Below are positions 50,865-62,722 of a stretch of DNA of 64,000 nt, in pieces. Source of the DNA: Malacoraja senta (lineage: Eukaryota). Where the stretch lies: contig CM075993.1 in the NCBI GenBank assembly GCA_038087875.1, forward strand, positions 6,884,001-6,948,000, read 5' to 3'. The translations under genes were made by a program, and so were the position numbers. The notes under the pieces are model-generated. The model did not search any database, was not told where the DNA came from, and saw nothing but the letters and a program-made list of their open reading frames with translations. Within the stretch, counting starts at the first letter, position 1; every line of letters begins with the position of its first letter.

Positions 50865-51153
50865 GGCACAGTGGTGCAGTGGTAGAGTAGCTGCCTTACA
50901 GCACCGAATACCCTGGTTTGATCTTGATTACGGGTGCTGTCTGTGTGGAGTTTGCAGATTCTCCCTATGACCACGTGGGTTTTCCCCGGGTGCTCTGGTT
51001 TCCTCCACATTCCAAAGATGTGCAGGTTTGTTGGTTAATTGGTTTCTGTAAATTGTCCCTAGTGTGTAGAACTGGTATACGGGTGATTGTGGTTGACGTG
51101 GATTCAGTGGATGAAAGGGCCTGTTTCCCCGTTGTATCTGTAAACTAAACTAA
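50865..51153 (+). mobile_element. V-SINE/HE1-like SINE
   Basis: Head, core and tail. Confidence 0.82.
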
Positions 51154-51300
51154 ATCTTAATGGGGAACGTTTTTCTTCTGAGGAAAGATTCTGAACTTGA
51201 ACTTGGACACCTTCTTCATGGATGCTGCCCGGCCTACTGAGTGTTTTGAGTAAATTCTGCTTTTATCAAAGTTTTGCTTCTTCATGATTCCAAACAGTTA

Positions 51301-53064
51301 AAGGTCTGTCTCACTGTGCGAGTTGACCCACGAGTGACCCCGAGTGAAAGACTCGTGGTTGCGTACGAGACTACAAGTTTATGATCCCGAGTTTAACCGA
51401 GTTCCCACGGGTATGTCTAAGTTTCCCGTTTACTTCTCATTTCTGCGATGTTCCAAGTTCGTCTCCCGAGTGTACCAAGTTCCTCTCCCGTTAATCTTGA
51501 GGCAACAATGTATATCGAAGTGTTTAAAAATCATCACATGTTAAAAAAACTGAGTGGTGATGGGTGGTGTAAAAGATTGTGATAATGGTCATGTTAAGAA
51601 TTAAAAGTCATAAAATCAATGTGTGAAATGTGATTCTTATTTTTCAAAGTCTCTCATAGGAAACAATGGGCGTATAGAGCCCAGGGAGAGGGGAAGAAAG
51701 GGACGTACACTCACAGAGGCAGAGTCTCTCAGCCTGTGTGAGAGGGAGGGAGGGAGAGAGAGACACACACACAAGGTGGATGTGAAATCTCACCTACCTG
51801 TTTCAGTGACAGGCACCCTCGACCAGTGAATGAAGCCACCCCCATCTGTCTCCCCTCCTCTCCCTCCACTCTCCACCCTCTCTCCTCCACCCCACCCCCC
51901 TCACCGCCCCTCCCCAATTTGGAAATGTCATCCCATCACCCATTCCTTCTCTCCAGAGATGCTGCCTGCCCTCTGAGTTAAAGAGTTCCCACTTGCAGCA
52001 GCAAAACAGGCCAGTAAACACAATACTCATAGATAATATACTAAACAAAGAAAATATATATTAAAAAATCCAGTATTATTGCAAAAATCCCAAAGTCCTT
52101 AGTGCAAACAAGGCAGTTTGTAGTTCATAGTTTAGTTAGCATTTGTTGCGTTCAAAAGCCCGATGGTTGTTGGGAAGAAGCTGTTCTTGAACCTGGACGT
52201 CATGGTTTTCAGATTCTTATACCTTCTGCTCAGCAGGAATGAAATGAGAGCATGGCCAGGGTAGTGTGGGTCCATGACAATGCTGGCTGCCTTTTTGAGG
52301 CAGCACCTCCTATAGAACCCTTTGATTCAGTAAAGTTCAGTAAAGAGATCGCGAATCTGGCATCATGGCTTGACAATAAAACCCAGCCTTTAACATCCGC
52401 ATAATGAAAGAGTTGGTGTTGTCCTACGGAACAGGGGTGCAGGAGAGGTGAACACAACCCTGTCTTCTTCAACAGCACTGGTAGAGATGGCTTCTGGACG
52501 TGACTGGCAAACCTCAGATTAGGCTGCCATGAAGTGTCATAAAATGTTCTCACGCTGTTCCTCAATACTTGTTTGTCTTAAGGTTGTGAGCTCAGTCCCA
52601 AATACACAACATTTATGTATAAACTTAAAGCAATTTTTTCTTTTCTACCTACTCTTGTCACCTTATCAATAACTTACTTAACTTTGTTAAGCAGAATTTG
52701 TCTTTAAAAAGTCTAAGTAACTGATATTTCTGTCCCTGATTATTGTTTCTAAAAAGAGTTCCCACGGTAGACTCACGAGTCACAAAGTTAAACGCACGGG
52801 CCACTACGTTCTTACAACGAGTTTAAAATGTTTCAAATTTTAACCTCAAGAGTTCATTTTACTCGTGGAAAAGTTCAAACATGTTTGAGCTTTTGCAAGA
52901 GTTAACAAGTTTCACGTGTACCTCCCGTTAGCGCCAAGAGTCGCTAAGTTGCGTCCACGAGTTCCGACGTTCCCGCTACGTTAATTGTACGTGATTACCA
53001 CGAGTTAAATTTGTTTTAAACTCGGGGTCACTCGTGGGTCAACTAGCACAGTGAGACAGCCCTT
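51301..53064. mobile_element. 1.76-kb non-autonomous TIR transposon with nested retroelement pieces
   Basis: About 45-bp TIRs AAGGTCTGTCTCACTGTGCGAGTTGACCCACGAGTGACCCCGAGT and their reverse complement; TA on both flanks. Confidence 0.82.
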
Positions 53065-53974
53065 TATTACAGGTATATTAGTTTGTGGTTACACAAACGA
53101 GTATCATCTTAGCTGGATAAAGATTATTAAACTTTATAGCTCTTCAATAATTCAGTAACAAAGAAAGATGAAAGGGCTTGTATTCATTGGAATTTAGGAT
53201 GAGAGGGGATCTTATGGAAACATATTAAATCCTTAAAGGATTGGACAGGCTAGATGCAGGAAAAATGGTCCCGATGTCGGGGGAGTCCAGAATCATCGTC
53301 TATATCCCTCGTTTCCCATATCCCTAACCAGTCTGAAGAAGGGGCTCAACCCAAAACGTCACCCATTCCTTCTCTCCAGAGATGCTGCATGAGTTACTCC
53401 AGCTTTTTGTGTCTATCTTCGACTTTAAATTATGATGTTAACATTATAATGAATCCTTGCGTGTTCCATATTATCAAATCCCTGTACATTCAGAATATTC
53501 AAATAAATGGAATAATGAAAGTCAAAGTACATTGTGCCTTTTCAATAAAAAATACTTGTTAAGGGTAGATTTTTGATGGTACTTTTCTTGTTTGGATTTT
53601 CAAAGGCTGGAAAACTGAATTCATTTTTTCTACGCCTATTCATTTGAACACTTTCACAAGTAATTAGTGACGCTGGTACATCCATTTGTCGTTCACTGAA
53701 ACTAAATCTTTCTCATGACACTTCTTGTCATTAGCAACAGTAGCTGTGCTTGTACATCAAACGTATTCATTTTACTGTATATGAAGGAACTGCAGATGCT
53801 GGTTTAAACCAAAGATAGACACAAAAAGCTGGAGTAGGTTAAGTCACCTATTCCTTTTCTCCAAAGATGCTGTCTGACCCGCTGAGTTACTCCAGCTTTT
53901 TGTCTGTCTTTTGTATTAATTTTTTATTTGCCTTCCTTTTGATATTTCCAGGAAACCCTCCACTTTTGTTTAGT

Positions 53975-54672
53975 TAACTTAATGTATTAATGCACATGTA
54001 CCGGGTGCAGTGAAAATCTTTTTTGTTGCATGCTACCTGATCAGCGAAAAGACTGTACATGATTCCAGTCAAGCCGTGCATGGTGTACAGATATAGGATA
54101 AAGGGAATAATGTTTAATGCAAGATAAAGTCCAGTAAAGTCAGATTAAAGATAGTCCAAGAGTCTCCAATGAGGTAGGTGGTAGGTCAGGACTGCTCTCT
54201 AGTTGGTGATAGGATGGTTCAGTTGCCTGATAACAGTTGGAACAAAACTGTCCCTGAATCTGGAAGTGTGCGTTTTCATATTTCTGTACCTCTTGACTGA
54301 TGGGAGAGGGGAGAAGAGGGAATGATCAGGGTGAGACTCATTCTTGATTATGCTGGTGCCCTTGCCACGGCAGTATGGAGTGTACATGGAGGAGGTGGAA
54401 GGGAGGTTGGTCTGCATGATGGTCTGGGCTATGTCCACAACTCTGCAATTTCTTGTGGTTTTGGATGGAACTGTTCCCAAACCATGCTGTGATGCATCAC
54501 AATAAAATGCTTTCTACGGCGCATCTGTAGAAGTTGGTGAGAGTTGTTGAACTTCCCAAGCCTTCTGTAGAAATAGGAGTGTTGTTATGCTTTCTTGGCC
54601 TTTGCTTTGATATGGCAGGTCCAGGACAAGTTGCTGGTGATATTTCCTCCTAAGAACCTGAAGCTTTCAACC
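53975..54672 (-). mobile_element. Rex1/Babar-clade LINE 3' portion
   Basis: HSLFSPLPSVKRYRNMKTHTSRFRDSF. Confidence 0.88.
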
Positions 54673-54773
54673 ACCATCATCAAAAATGGCTTGGATGCAC
54701 AAATTGGGCTGGGCAATCCTGAAGCACTAAGTCTGTGAGTGAGCCAGTGTTAGGGATACAACATTATCCTCAC

Positions 54774-54817
54774 CAACCTATCTGAGGCAAAAGCATAGGA
54801 TTGGTAGAAATGTGCTT
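54774..54817 (-). pseudogene. Remnant exon 9
   Basis: cttttatctacag / gtgagg, phase 1-0, EAHFYQSYAFASDRL, open. Confidence 0.6.
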
Positions 54818-55135
54818 CTGTAGATAAAAGAATCACATCACGGATACCTTAATAATATGTAGCACGATGTACAATAATGTTTTATTATTGATGTTTAATG
54901 TTTTATGTGTCATTCCCAACTGTCACTGTATGTCATGTCGTCACTTGTGGGCGGAGCACCAAGGTATATTCCTTGTATGTGAATACTTGGCCAATAAACT
55001 TATTCATTCATTCAAATAGACTCAGAATAAATCTCGTAGCTCAGAACTGGGTGTGTCGACCGTCAGAAGCTTCAATAGTGTAAACCACCACAGTCTGTAA
55101 CCTCATGCCCAGCATATCTCTCACTCTGCAATTAC

Positions 55136-55246
55136 CATCTAACAAGGATATCAACACTGCTTCAATAACGAAAAAGGTGTCCAAGAGCAGCACCACAATG
55201 ATGTAATGTGAACCCAGTGATGCTGCCACACAAGACTACTTGTATG
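55136..55246 (-). pseudogene. Remnant exon 8
   Basis: ttttttacttag / gtaatt, phase 1-1, AYK*SCVAASLGSHYIIVVLLLDTFFVIEAVLISLLD. Confidence 0.6.
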
Positions 55247-55313
55247 CTAAGTAAAAAACAGCAGTCAATGGATAAAGCAAGGAAGATTTCACTAGCACTG
55301 GTTCAGATCGTAC

Positions 55314-55334
55314 CTCTGTAGTTTTCCAAATATC
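55314..55334 (-). pseudogene. Remnant exon 7 (21-nt microexon)
   Basis: cacatttcag / gtacga, phase 1-1, GYLENYR. Confidence 0.45.
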
Positions 55335-55499
55335 CTGAAATGTGAACAATTAAATAGTTAATAAGTGGTAGAGACTCCCAAGAGCAACTACACATGTAAT
55401 TGTCATTGTGCCCAGAATGTAATCACCAAAGAATTTGTACTATGTTCAGTGAAATGAAGAATAAATAATCCTTCTTGACTTCCACGAGATCTTGACCAT

Positions 55500-55960
55500 C
55501 ATAGAAACCATTCTCCAACCATTCATTTCAAATGAGATCATGAAATGGCTGACAGCACCATATATAACAAAGCTATGGGACCAGACAACATCCCAGCTGT
55601 GGTACTGAAAATCTGTGCTCCAAAACTAGTTGCATGTCTGGCAAAGCTGTTCCAGTGCAGTTACAATGCTGGCATCCACACAGGAATGTAGAACATTGTG
55701 CAGGAATTGTTCTGTTCACTAAAAACAGAACAAATCCAACCGTGCCATTTGTCCCATACCAGCCCATTCCTATTCATCAGCAAAGTGGTGAAAGCTCCGG
55801 TCCCTGGTGCTATCAAACAATATACATTGTCAACAAAATCCTGTGTATTCAGAATGACCGGGCTCATCTGGACCAACCTGGATGAGTGTCTCAAAAACCC
55901 TCAACATTCATTCAGGACAAAGCATCTCACGTAATTGGCACCCCATCCACTTGCCTAAAC
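55500..55960 (+). mobile_element. Ancient CR1/L2-group LINE relic
   Basis: KAMGPDNIPAVVLKICAPKLVACLAKLFQCSYNAGI; a related relic lies on the - strand near 32650-32960. Confidence 0.7.
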
Positions 55961-55970
55961 ATTTAGCTAA

Positions 55971-56124
55971 AATGTTCAAGAAGGAACTGCAGATGCTGGA
56001 AAATCGAAGGTAGACAAAATTGCTGGAGAAAATAGGCAACGTTTCGGGCCGAAACGTTGCCTATTTTCTTCGCACCATAGATGCTGCCGCACCCACTGAG
56101 TTTCTCCAGCAATTATGTCTACCT
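55971..56124. mobile_element. Penelope-like fold-back insertion
   Basis: Inversion centred on TTTCGGGCCGAAA; 15-bp duplication taaacatttagctaa at 55956-55970 and 56125-56139. Confidence 0.8.
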
Positions 56125-56481
56125 TAAACATTTAGCTAAGTTTAGTTTGGAGATACAGAGGGCAAACAGGCCCTTCGCCCCATCGAGTCCATGCCGACCA
56201 ACAACCCCCGTACTCTAGCACTATCCTATACACTAGAGACAATTTTCAATATTTACGTCTTAGGAGTGTGGTAGGAAAGCTGAATACCCAGGGAATATCC
56301 ATTAAAACTAAACTAAAGGTTCAGCAAGCAGTTCAGAATTCAGACTTATTTTGGCTTAAATCACAACTAAATTGGAGTATAAAAGTGCGTTAGTCAATGT
56401 TTAAACTGGATTTTTTGAAATTATGCCTGACGTATTATGTGGGGCTTTGGTCTAATAGAAAGAATGCAATTGGCAATTTAC

Positions 56482-56599
56482 CTAAGAAAGAATCCAATTG
56501 ACTTGGAAGTAATAAAATATAGGTTAATGCGACCAAAGACTGGCATTGTAGAGGCGTCCAATGAGTAAGATTGGCATTTAAAAATATGCAAAGTGACCT
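56482..56599 (-). pseudogene. Remnant exon 6
   Basis: tttttctttcag / gtaaat, phase 0-1, RSLCIFLNANLTHWTPLQCQSLVALTYILLLPSQLDSFL, open. Confidence 0.65.
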
Positions 56600-58048
56600 C
56601 TGAAAGAAAAATAAGATTCAGAAGGATGTTGAGAGAATAAGTACTGTAAGACTATTTCCAGCCACATTCGTTCTGGAATAAAGAGAAATGTCCTTATCAG
56701 ATATTTATAATCTTTGGGATTTGTGCTGGAGGGCTGCCAATGCTCTGCCATTGAATATACACATGGCACAGATCAATAAATCTATTGACATCAACTTATA
56801 ATGGGGAAGTGTATAAAAAGTGGATGAAGCACAGAATCGGCCATAACAGTGGCTCCTGCCTCTACTTCTTGTGATTCAAGAGTTCGAGATGGAGCTTCTG
56901 GAGGCTTATCTTTAATTGTATTGTATTGTATTGTATATCTTTATTGTCATTTCCTGAGTATTCGCATACCCAGAGGAAACAAAAAAACGTTCCTCAACCA
57001 GTGTCCATTTCAGTGTGCAGTAAAAAATAAATAGAAGTAAAAATACATATATCATGAACAAATTAACACTCTACTCTACTAAACATCAACAGGCGTTCCG
57101 ATCGGCAGCGGCACGACAGTGGCTCTGCTGCAGTGTGTCCAGGTTGGTGGTTGGTGCACGATACTTTGGCAGGGGACAAAGTCCGTTTATCAGTCTTATA
57201 ACCTGCGGGAAGAAGCTGAGGAGCATCCTGCTGGTTTTGCACCTAATTGCTCTGATAGTAATTAATCCAAACTATATCAAATGGATCTTTCCCCCTGAGT
57301 TTACATCAGGATATTGCATTTCTTAGTGGAGGTCCCTTGACCAACTCGGAAGCCAGTCCTGCCGACTATCACTGCACCGTCAAAATGGTGCAAGGGAAAC
57401 AGTCTTATTCAAATATGTGGGAGAAGTCAGCTGCCAAGAAAAATAATGCTTTTCATCTTATTTCAGTATTGTTATTTATTTGTAAGTGTATGTGTGCATT
57501 TCAATTGTTTAACATCAAAGCAAAATATTAACGTTACTTTTTAAATAACACCCAAATGATTTGTGACTGTCAGCTTATGATCCCCCTTTTTCAGTCAATA
57601 TATCAAAACATGAATTGAGATGGGGACGTCTCCTGTTTTCAAAGCCTTTCTGTGAATATAGCCAGCTCCCAAAACACATGCCACATCCAGGGACCACAAT
57701 GGAAGAAACAGCATGGCTCCTGGGTATGCCATTGGTGATCTTGAGTCAATGGCCTATTTGGTATAATTAAAATAGGAGTCGGAATTCACTTAAAAATTAA
57801 ATTGATGTTATCTTACAGTAGAAGTAATCCAATGACAGGATTATTTACATGTTTCATCCATTATAAAATGTAACCTTTATTATAATGACAGGTTTAATAC
57901 ATTTATTTAATAATTAGCCTGTATATGGAATTAGGCTTCTTCAATCATTTGTACTCAGGGCTTGTTTGGGCGAAGGAAAATTGAGCACCATTCTCTCAGC
58001 AGTCAGATTAAGATAAAGTGACTTTCCAAATATGAATGTGATTCATAC

Positions 58049-58139
58049 CTTTAACCCTTTCACTGCTGAGAAATCTCCTCCTCTTCTAGATTAATAAAGT
58101 TTCTTTCTAATTCTGAATGGAAGGAGCGAGAGGCTGATT
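58049..58139 (-). pseudogene. Remnant exon 5
   Basis: tttacattttag / gtatga, phase 2-0, ISLSLLPFRIRKKLY*SRRGGDFSAVKGLK. Confidence 0.6.
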
Positions 58140-58785
58140 CTAAAATGTAAATGCAAAAGGGTTTGTATTGCAATAAACCCTTAAAGAGTTGTGCCTCAAG
58201 ATGGCTCACCAGCAAATTAAAATGGGGACACGGTACAGATGAAGGGTCCCAACTGCAAACATCAACTATTTCCCACCGCATTTGCCGCCTGACCCGCTGA
58301 GTTCATCAGCAGCTTGTTTGTTGCATGTAGTGAATGAAAATGATACTGAACATTGAAACTTTAAAAAAATAAGAGCTTTAATGAATTCAGATTTATAGTG
58401 CTGTTGGGGTTTAGTATATTCAAATGTTATAGTGCATGAAAAACATGATTGAAGGGCGAAGGAGAAACAATTTGATATATTTCAACTGCCTATTGAATGG
58501 GAAAGTATTTGATATATTGAAGCCAGATGGAAAATATAAATTGATTTGAAATGCTGTGATTAAACAATGAAGGTGATCATTTGTCGCTCTAACATTATTT
58601 GTGAATTTGAACATTTAATAGTGGGATATATACTCTGCTGATTTATGTCAAATATCTACAGGAGAGTCGATAGGGTGAATGCACTATGTCTTTTATCCAG
58701 AGTAGGGGAATCAAGAGGACATGGGTTTAAGATGAGGCGGGAAAGATTTAATAGGAATCTGAGCGGCATCTTTCTCACACAGAGG

Positions 58786-58970
58786 TACACAAAAATGCTG
58801 GAGAAACTCAGCGGGTGCAGCAGCATCTATGGAGCGAAGGAGATAGGCAACGTTTCGGGCCGAAACGTTGCCTATCTCCTTCGCTCCATAGATGCTGCTG
58901 CACCCGCTGAGTTTCTCCAGCATTTTTGTGTACCTTCGATTTTCCAGCATCTGCAATTCCTTCTTTAACA
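58786..58970. mobile_element. Penelope-like fold-back insertion inside a CR1 fragment (about 58665-59175)
   Basis: Perfect 76-bp-arm palindrome; 16-bp duplication ctttctcacacagagg at 58770-58785 and 58971-58986. Confidence 0.88.
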
Positions 58971-59513
58971 CTTTCTCACACAGAGGGTGGAGGGTATTTT
59001 GGACAAGCTGCCAGAAGAGGTAGTTGAGGTCAGTACTATAACAACATTTAAAAGACATTTGGACAGGTACAAAGATAGAAAAGTTTTAGAGGGGTAAGAG
59101 CGAAGCACGGGATGGTAGTCCTAGCATATATAGGGCAAGTTGGGCTGAGGGGCATGTTTCCATGCTGTATGACTCAATGGGGCCTGCCCGGTGTGTGGAG
59201 GATAGAACATCCAACAGGCCCATCAACAACGCAACAATAGAAATGAGAACGAATATTCAGCTTACATTGTACATAGAAAACATAATTGGGACACACAGAG
59301 AGCACCAAACAAACAGTTTAAGTGTATTATTTATACATTTCAAAACAGATACCTCACCCACATCCCTGTTTAGAGGTTGCTAGACATGCTAGACAATTCA
59401 AGAATCATGAAATGGCACATGAAATAGTATTTCGTTAATTTAATCAAAGCTGTCAGAACCAGAAAAATCAGATTTTGTTCTTACTTCATTTGAAATAAAG
59501 CCAGCAAGGTTAC

Positions 59514-59587
59514 CTGTCTTTGGAAGTGTCAGTATAGAAGTTAATCGCAAGCATGAAGGCACAGAAGTTTTTTGCAACTCGGACCAG
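59514..59587 (-). pseudogene. Remnant exon 4
   Basis: atttgtgcag / gtaacc, phase 0-2, LVRVAKNFCAFMLAINFYTDTSKDR, open. Confidence 0.6.
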
Positions 59588-59666
59588 CTGCACAAATTCA
59601 TTAGTCGAAATCCATTAGTCATGCCATAAAATCAAAGTTGACACAAAATAAATACAGAGAAATTAC

Positions 59667-59692
59667 CTTTGTTCTTATCCAAAGAAGTAGAA
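59667..59692 (-). pseudogene. Remnant exon 3 (26 nt)
   Basis: cctttgctttag / gtaatt, phase 1-0, LLLWIRTK. Confidence 0.55.
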
Positions 59693-59889
59693 CTAAAGCA
59701 AAGGACATGTGGAATTAGTCAGTGCATTATTGCATCCTTTGCACCATTAATGAAACATGTCACCTCTTCATCCACCATATTACAAGACCAAATTAGCATC
59801 TGTCCACACAGATTATGCAAGCCTTTGGAGCTTTCAGTTCAGCACCATGAAGAATCAACGTACTTTTTAAATAACCTAATTGACTGAGA

Positions 59890-61940
59890 TGTCGAGGAGA
59901 TAACTGTCATCCATGGAACCTAGGTCTCAGCCAATGCACAACAGACAGGAAGACTTGATTTGGTCATATAGTCTTCAATGGTCAGGTAAAAGGCTGACAA
60001 TAGGTTCATTCATTCAATGCTGCTAGGCATTTCTGGTGTCTCATAAATGTTCTTCAGTAAGCATGCCAGGTAGATTCGCCATGGCCTTCAATGCAACAAC
60101 ACAGCCTTTGAGAAAATTTACAATAAGGGTCAATTGAGGAAAAAGCAATTTGCAGATCAAGACCTCAGCCCAGCACAAACTCATGATCTATGTACAACAA
60201 TAATCCCTGAGACATATGCTTCTGAGACCTGGACTACCTAGAACAGGCATTACAAGGCACTGGAATGATATTAGTAACATGGTCTCCACAAAACCCTCCA
60301 AATTCACTGGAAGGGTAGGTGAACTAAGATCTGTGTCCTCTCAAAGCCCCAAATCCCCAACACTGAGACATTATTGGCCTCAGTCAGCTATATAGGCAGG
60401 CCGCATTCTTTGCACATCCAACACCAGTTCCCTAACTAGCCCCTTTATTTCAACCTCTGTTTTGGAAAGAGATTTACAAACGCACAAAGTCAGGTGTCAA
60501 GTCAAGAGAGTTTTATTGTCATGTGTCCCAGATAGGACAATGAAATTCTTGCTTGCTGCAGCACAACAGAATATGTAAACGCAATACAGAACAGGAGATA
60601 AAAGTTCAGTGTAGACCATATATATACACAATAAATAAACATAGAAACATAGAAACATAGAAATTAGGTGCAGGAGTAGGCCATTCGGCCCTTCGAGCCT
60701 GCACCGCCATTCAATATGATCATGGCTGATCATCCAACTCAGTATCCCGTACCTGCCTTCTCTCCATACCCTCTGATCCCTTTAGCCACAAGGGCCACAT
60801 CTAGCTCCCTCTTAAATATAGCCAATGAACTGGCCTCGACTACCCTCTGTGGCAGAGAGTTCCAGAGATTCACCACTCTCTGTGTGAAAAAAGTTCTTCT
60901 CATCTCGGTTTTAAAGGATTTCCCCCTTATCCTTAAGCTGTGACCCCTTGTCCTGGACTTCCCCAACATCGGGAGCAATCTTCCTGCATCTAGCCTGTCC
61001 AACCCCTTAAGAATTTTGTAAGTTTCTATAAGATCCCCTCTCAATCTCCTAAATTCTAGAGAGTATAAACCAAGTCTATCCAGTCTTTCTTCATAAGACA
61101 GTCCTGACATCCCAGGAATCAGTCTGGTGAACCTTCTCTGCACTCCCTCTATGGCAATAATGTCCTTCCTCAGATTTGGAGACCAAAACTGTACGCAATA
61201 CTCCAGGTGTGGTCTCACCAAGACCCTGTACAACTGCAGTAGAACCTCCCTGCTCCTATACTCAAATCCTTTTGCTATGAAAGCTAACATACCATTCGCT
61301 TTCTTCACTGCCTGCTGCACCTGCATGCCTACTTTCAATGACTGGTGTACCATGACACCCAGGTCTCGCTGCATCTCCCCTTTTCCTAGTCGGCCTAAAC
61401 AGATAAAGTGCAATAGTAATAATAGACTGTTATAGTTCAGAGCTTGTTTGATGTTGTATTTAGTAGCCTGATGACTGTGGGGAAGTAGCTGTTTCTGAAC
61501 ATGGATGTTCCAGATTTCAAGCTCCTGTACCTTCTTCCCGATGGCAACGGAGAGATGAGTGTGTGGCCAGGCTGGTGTGCGTCTTTGATGATGTTGGCAG
61601 CCTTTTTGAGGCAGCGACTGCGATAGATCCCTTCGAAGAAATGCAACATTTTCATTGACATCAGGGAACTTGGCCCCATGGCGATTCAAGATGACATCAA
61701 GGACCTCAAGGCCATACATCAGGAACACATACAAACCCTGTATAAACGTTTTTAAAAAAAGAACACACCACTGACAAACTTCATCCACATGCCTGCCCCA
61801 TCAGGCATTGCCAACCCCATCTGTGGAAGGATCTGCAGATCTCATTTTGGCCTCATTAGCTACCTCAGATAACATAAACTCTAATGGAAAACAAGTCATC
61901 TATCATCCCAAAGGTCAAGACCAACGGAACTGTCTCCACG
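59890..61940 (+). mobile_element. Old RTE-clade LINE split by a Rex-like LINE (60497-61625, -) that itself contains a young CR1
   Basis: Decayed YASETWTT motif near 60215 and an RTE-like 3' region at 61660-61940 flank the inserts. Confidence 0.6.
60637..61395 (-). mobile_element. Young CR1-clade LINE, 5'-truncated
   Basis: Uninterrupted ORF2 C-terminus (the later part of ORF 60739-61788); (TTTCTATG)n tail. Confidence 0.93.
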
Positions 61941-62666
61941 AGAAGGTAAGTAAGTAAGTTTATTGGCCAAGTATTCACATACAAGGAATTTGCCTTGGTG
62001 CTCCGCCCACAAGTAACAACATGACATACAGTGACAGTTACGAATGACTCAGAAAACACTAAGCATTAATAATACTAAAACATGAATGATAAAACACCAT
62101 TGATCAAGCATGTGAACCAACAAAATTAGAGTAAGAGAATTAGACTACTGTCGCATGGAGACAAGCATTTATCTCCGTCAATGCCTAGCATCTTTTTAAT
62201 AAGAACAAATTGCATTTATATAATGCCTTTAATGTAGTAAAACATCTTAACAGGAGAATAGCAGATAAATAAGAGTTGACCTAACTATATAAGATCTCAA
62301 AGGAGCTGACCAAAAGATTGGTCAAATTGGTTTTATGCACAGAGGTAAAAGATGCAAGAGGTAAATTAATAAGGATATTGAAGAAGAAAATTCCAGGGGA
62401 TGGCACTGCTGCCAATGGTGGGTGATAACAATTAGTGTTGCACGGGAAGGTAGGTCTGCAGGAACACAGAGATCCTCGAGGCTTGGGATAAATACAACAA
62501 AAGTAACTTCACACAAAAGTTTGCAATTGCAAAACTGAAAAGGCTCGATGACAGCTTTTCAGTTAAAATTACTTACAACAGGAGACTTGCAGCACATCCA
62601 TTATAATGCTCTTTATTTCTCATTCTTGTTTTTAATTCATTTACATTTCACAAAACATTTACGTAC

Positions 62667-62722
62667 GTAGTTTCTGCAAAGCTTGGTTGTAATTTAATAT
62701 AGTTATAAGGGATTCAATTTCT
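62667..62722 (-). pseudogene. Remnant exon 2
   Basis: cacttcag / gtacgt, phase 2-1, EIESLITILNYNQALQKL, open. Confidence 0.5.

Noticed and set aside
57646..57753. Possible additional remnant exon AIDSRSPMAYPGAMLFLPLWSLDVACVLGAGYIHRK
   Set aside because: Acceptor and phase fit, but there is no convincing GT donor; left out of the model.
60739..61788. 349-aa ORF as a host gene
   Set aside because: Chance read-through of RTE, Rex and CR1 fragments; the C-terminal part is CR1 ORF2.
62577..62601. Alternative first exon MDVLQVSC with good Kozak context and a GTAAGT donor (- strand)
   Set aside because: Phase-compatible with exon 3, but exons at 62667-62722 and 63774-63864 extend the frame equally well; cannot decide, so not called.
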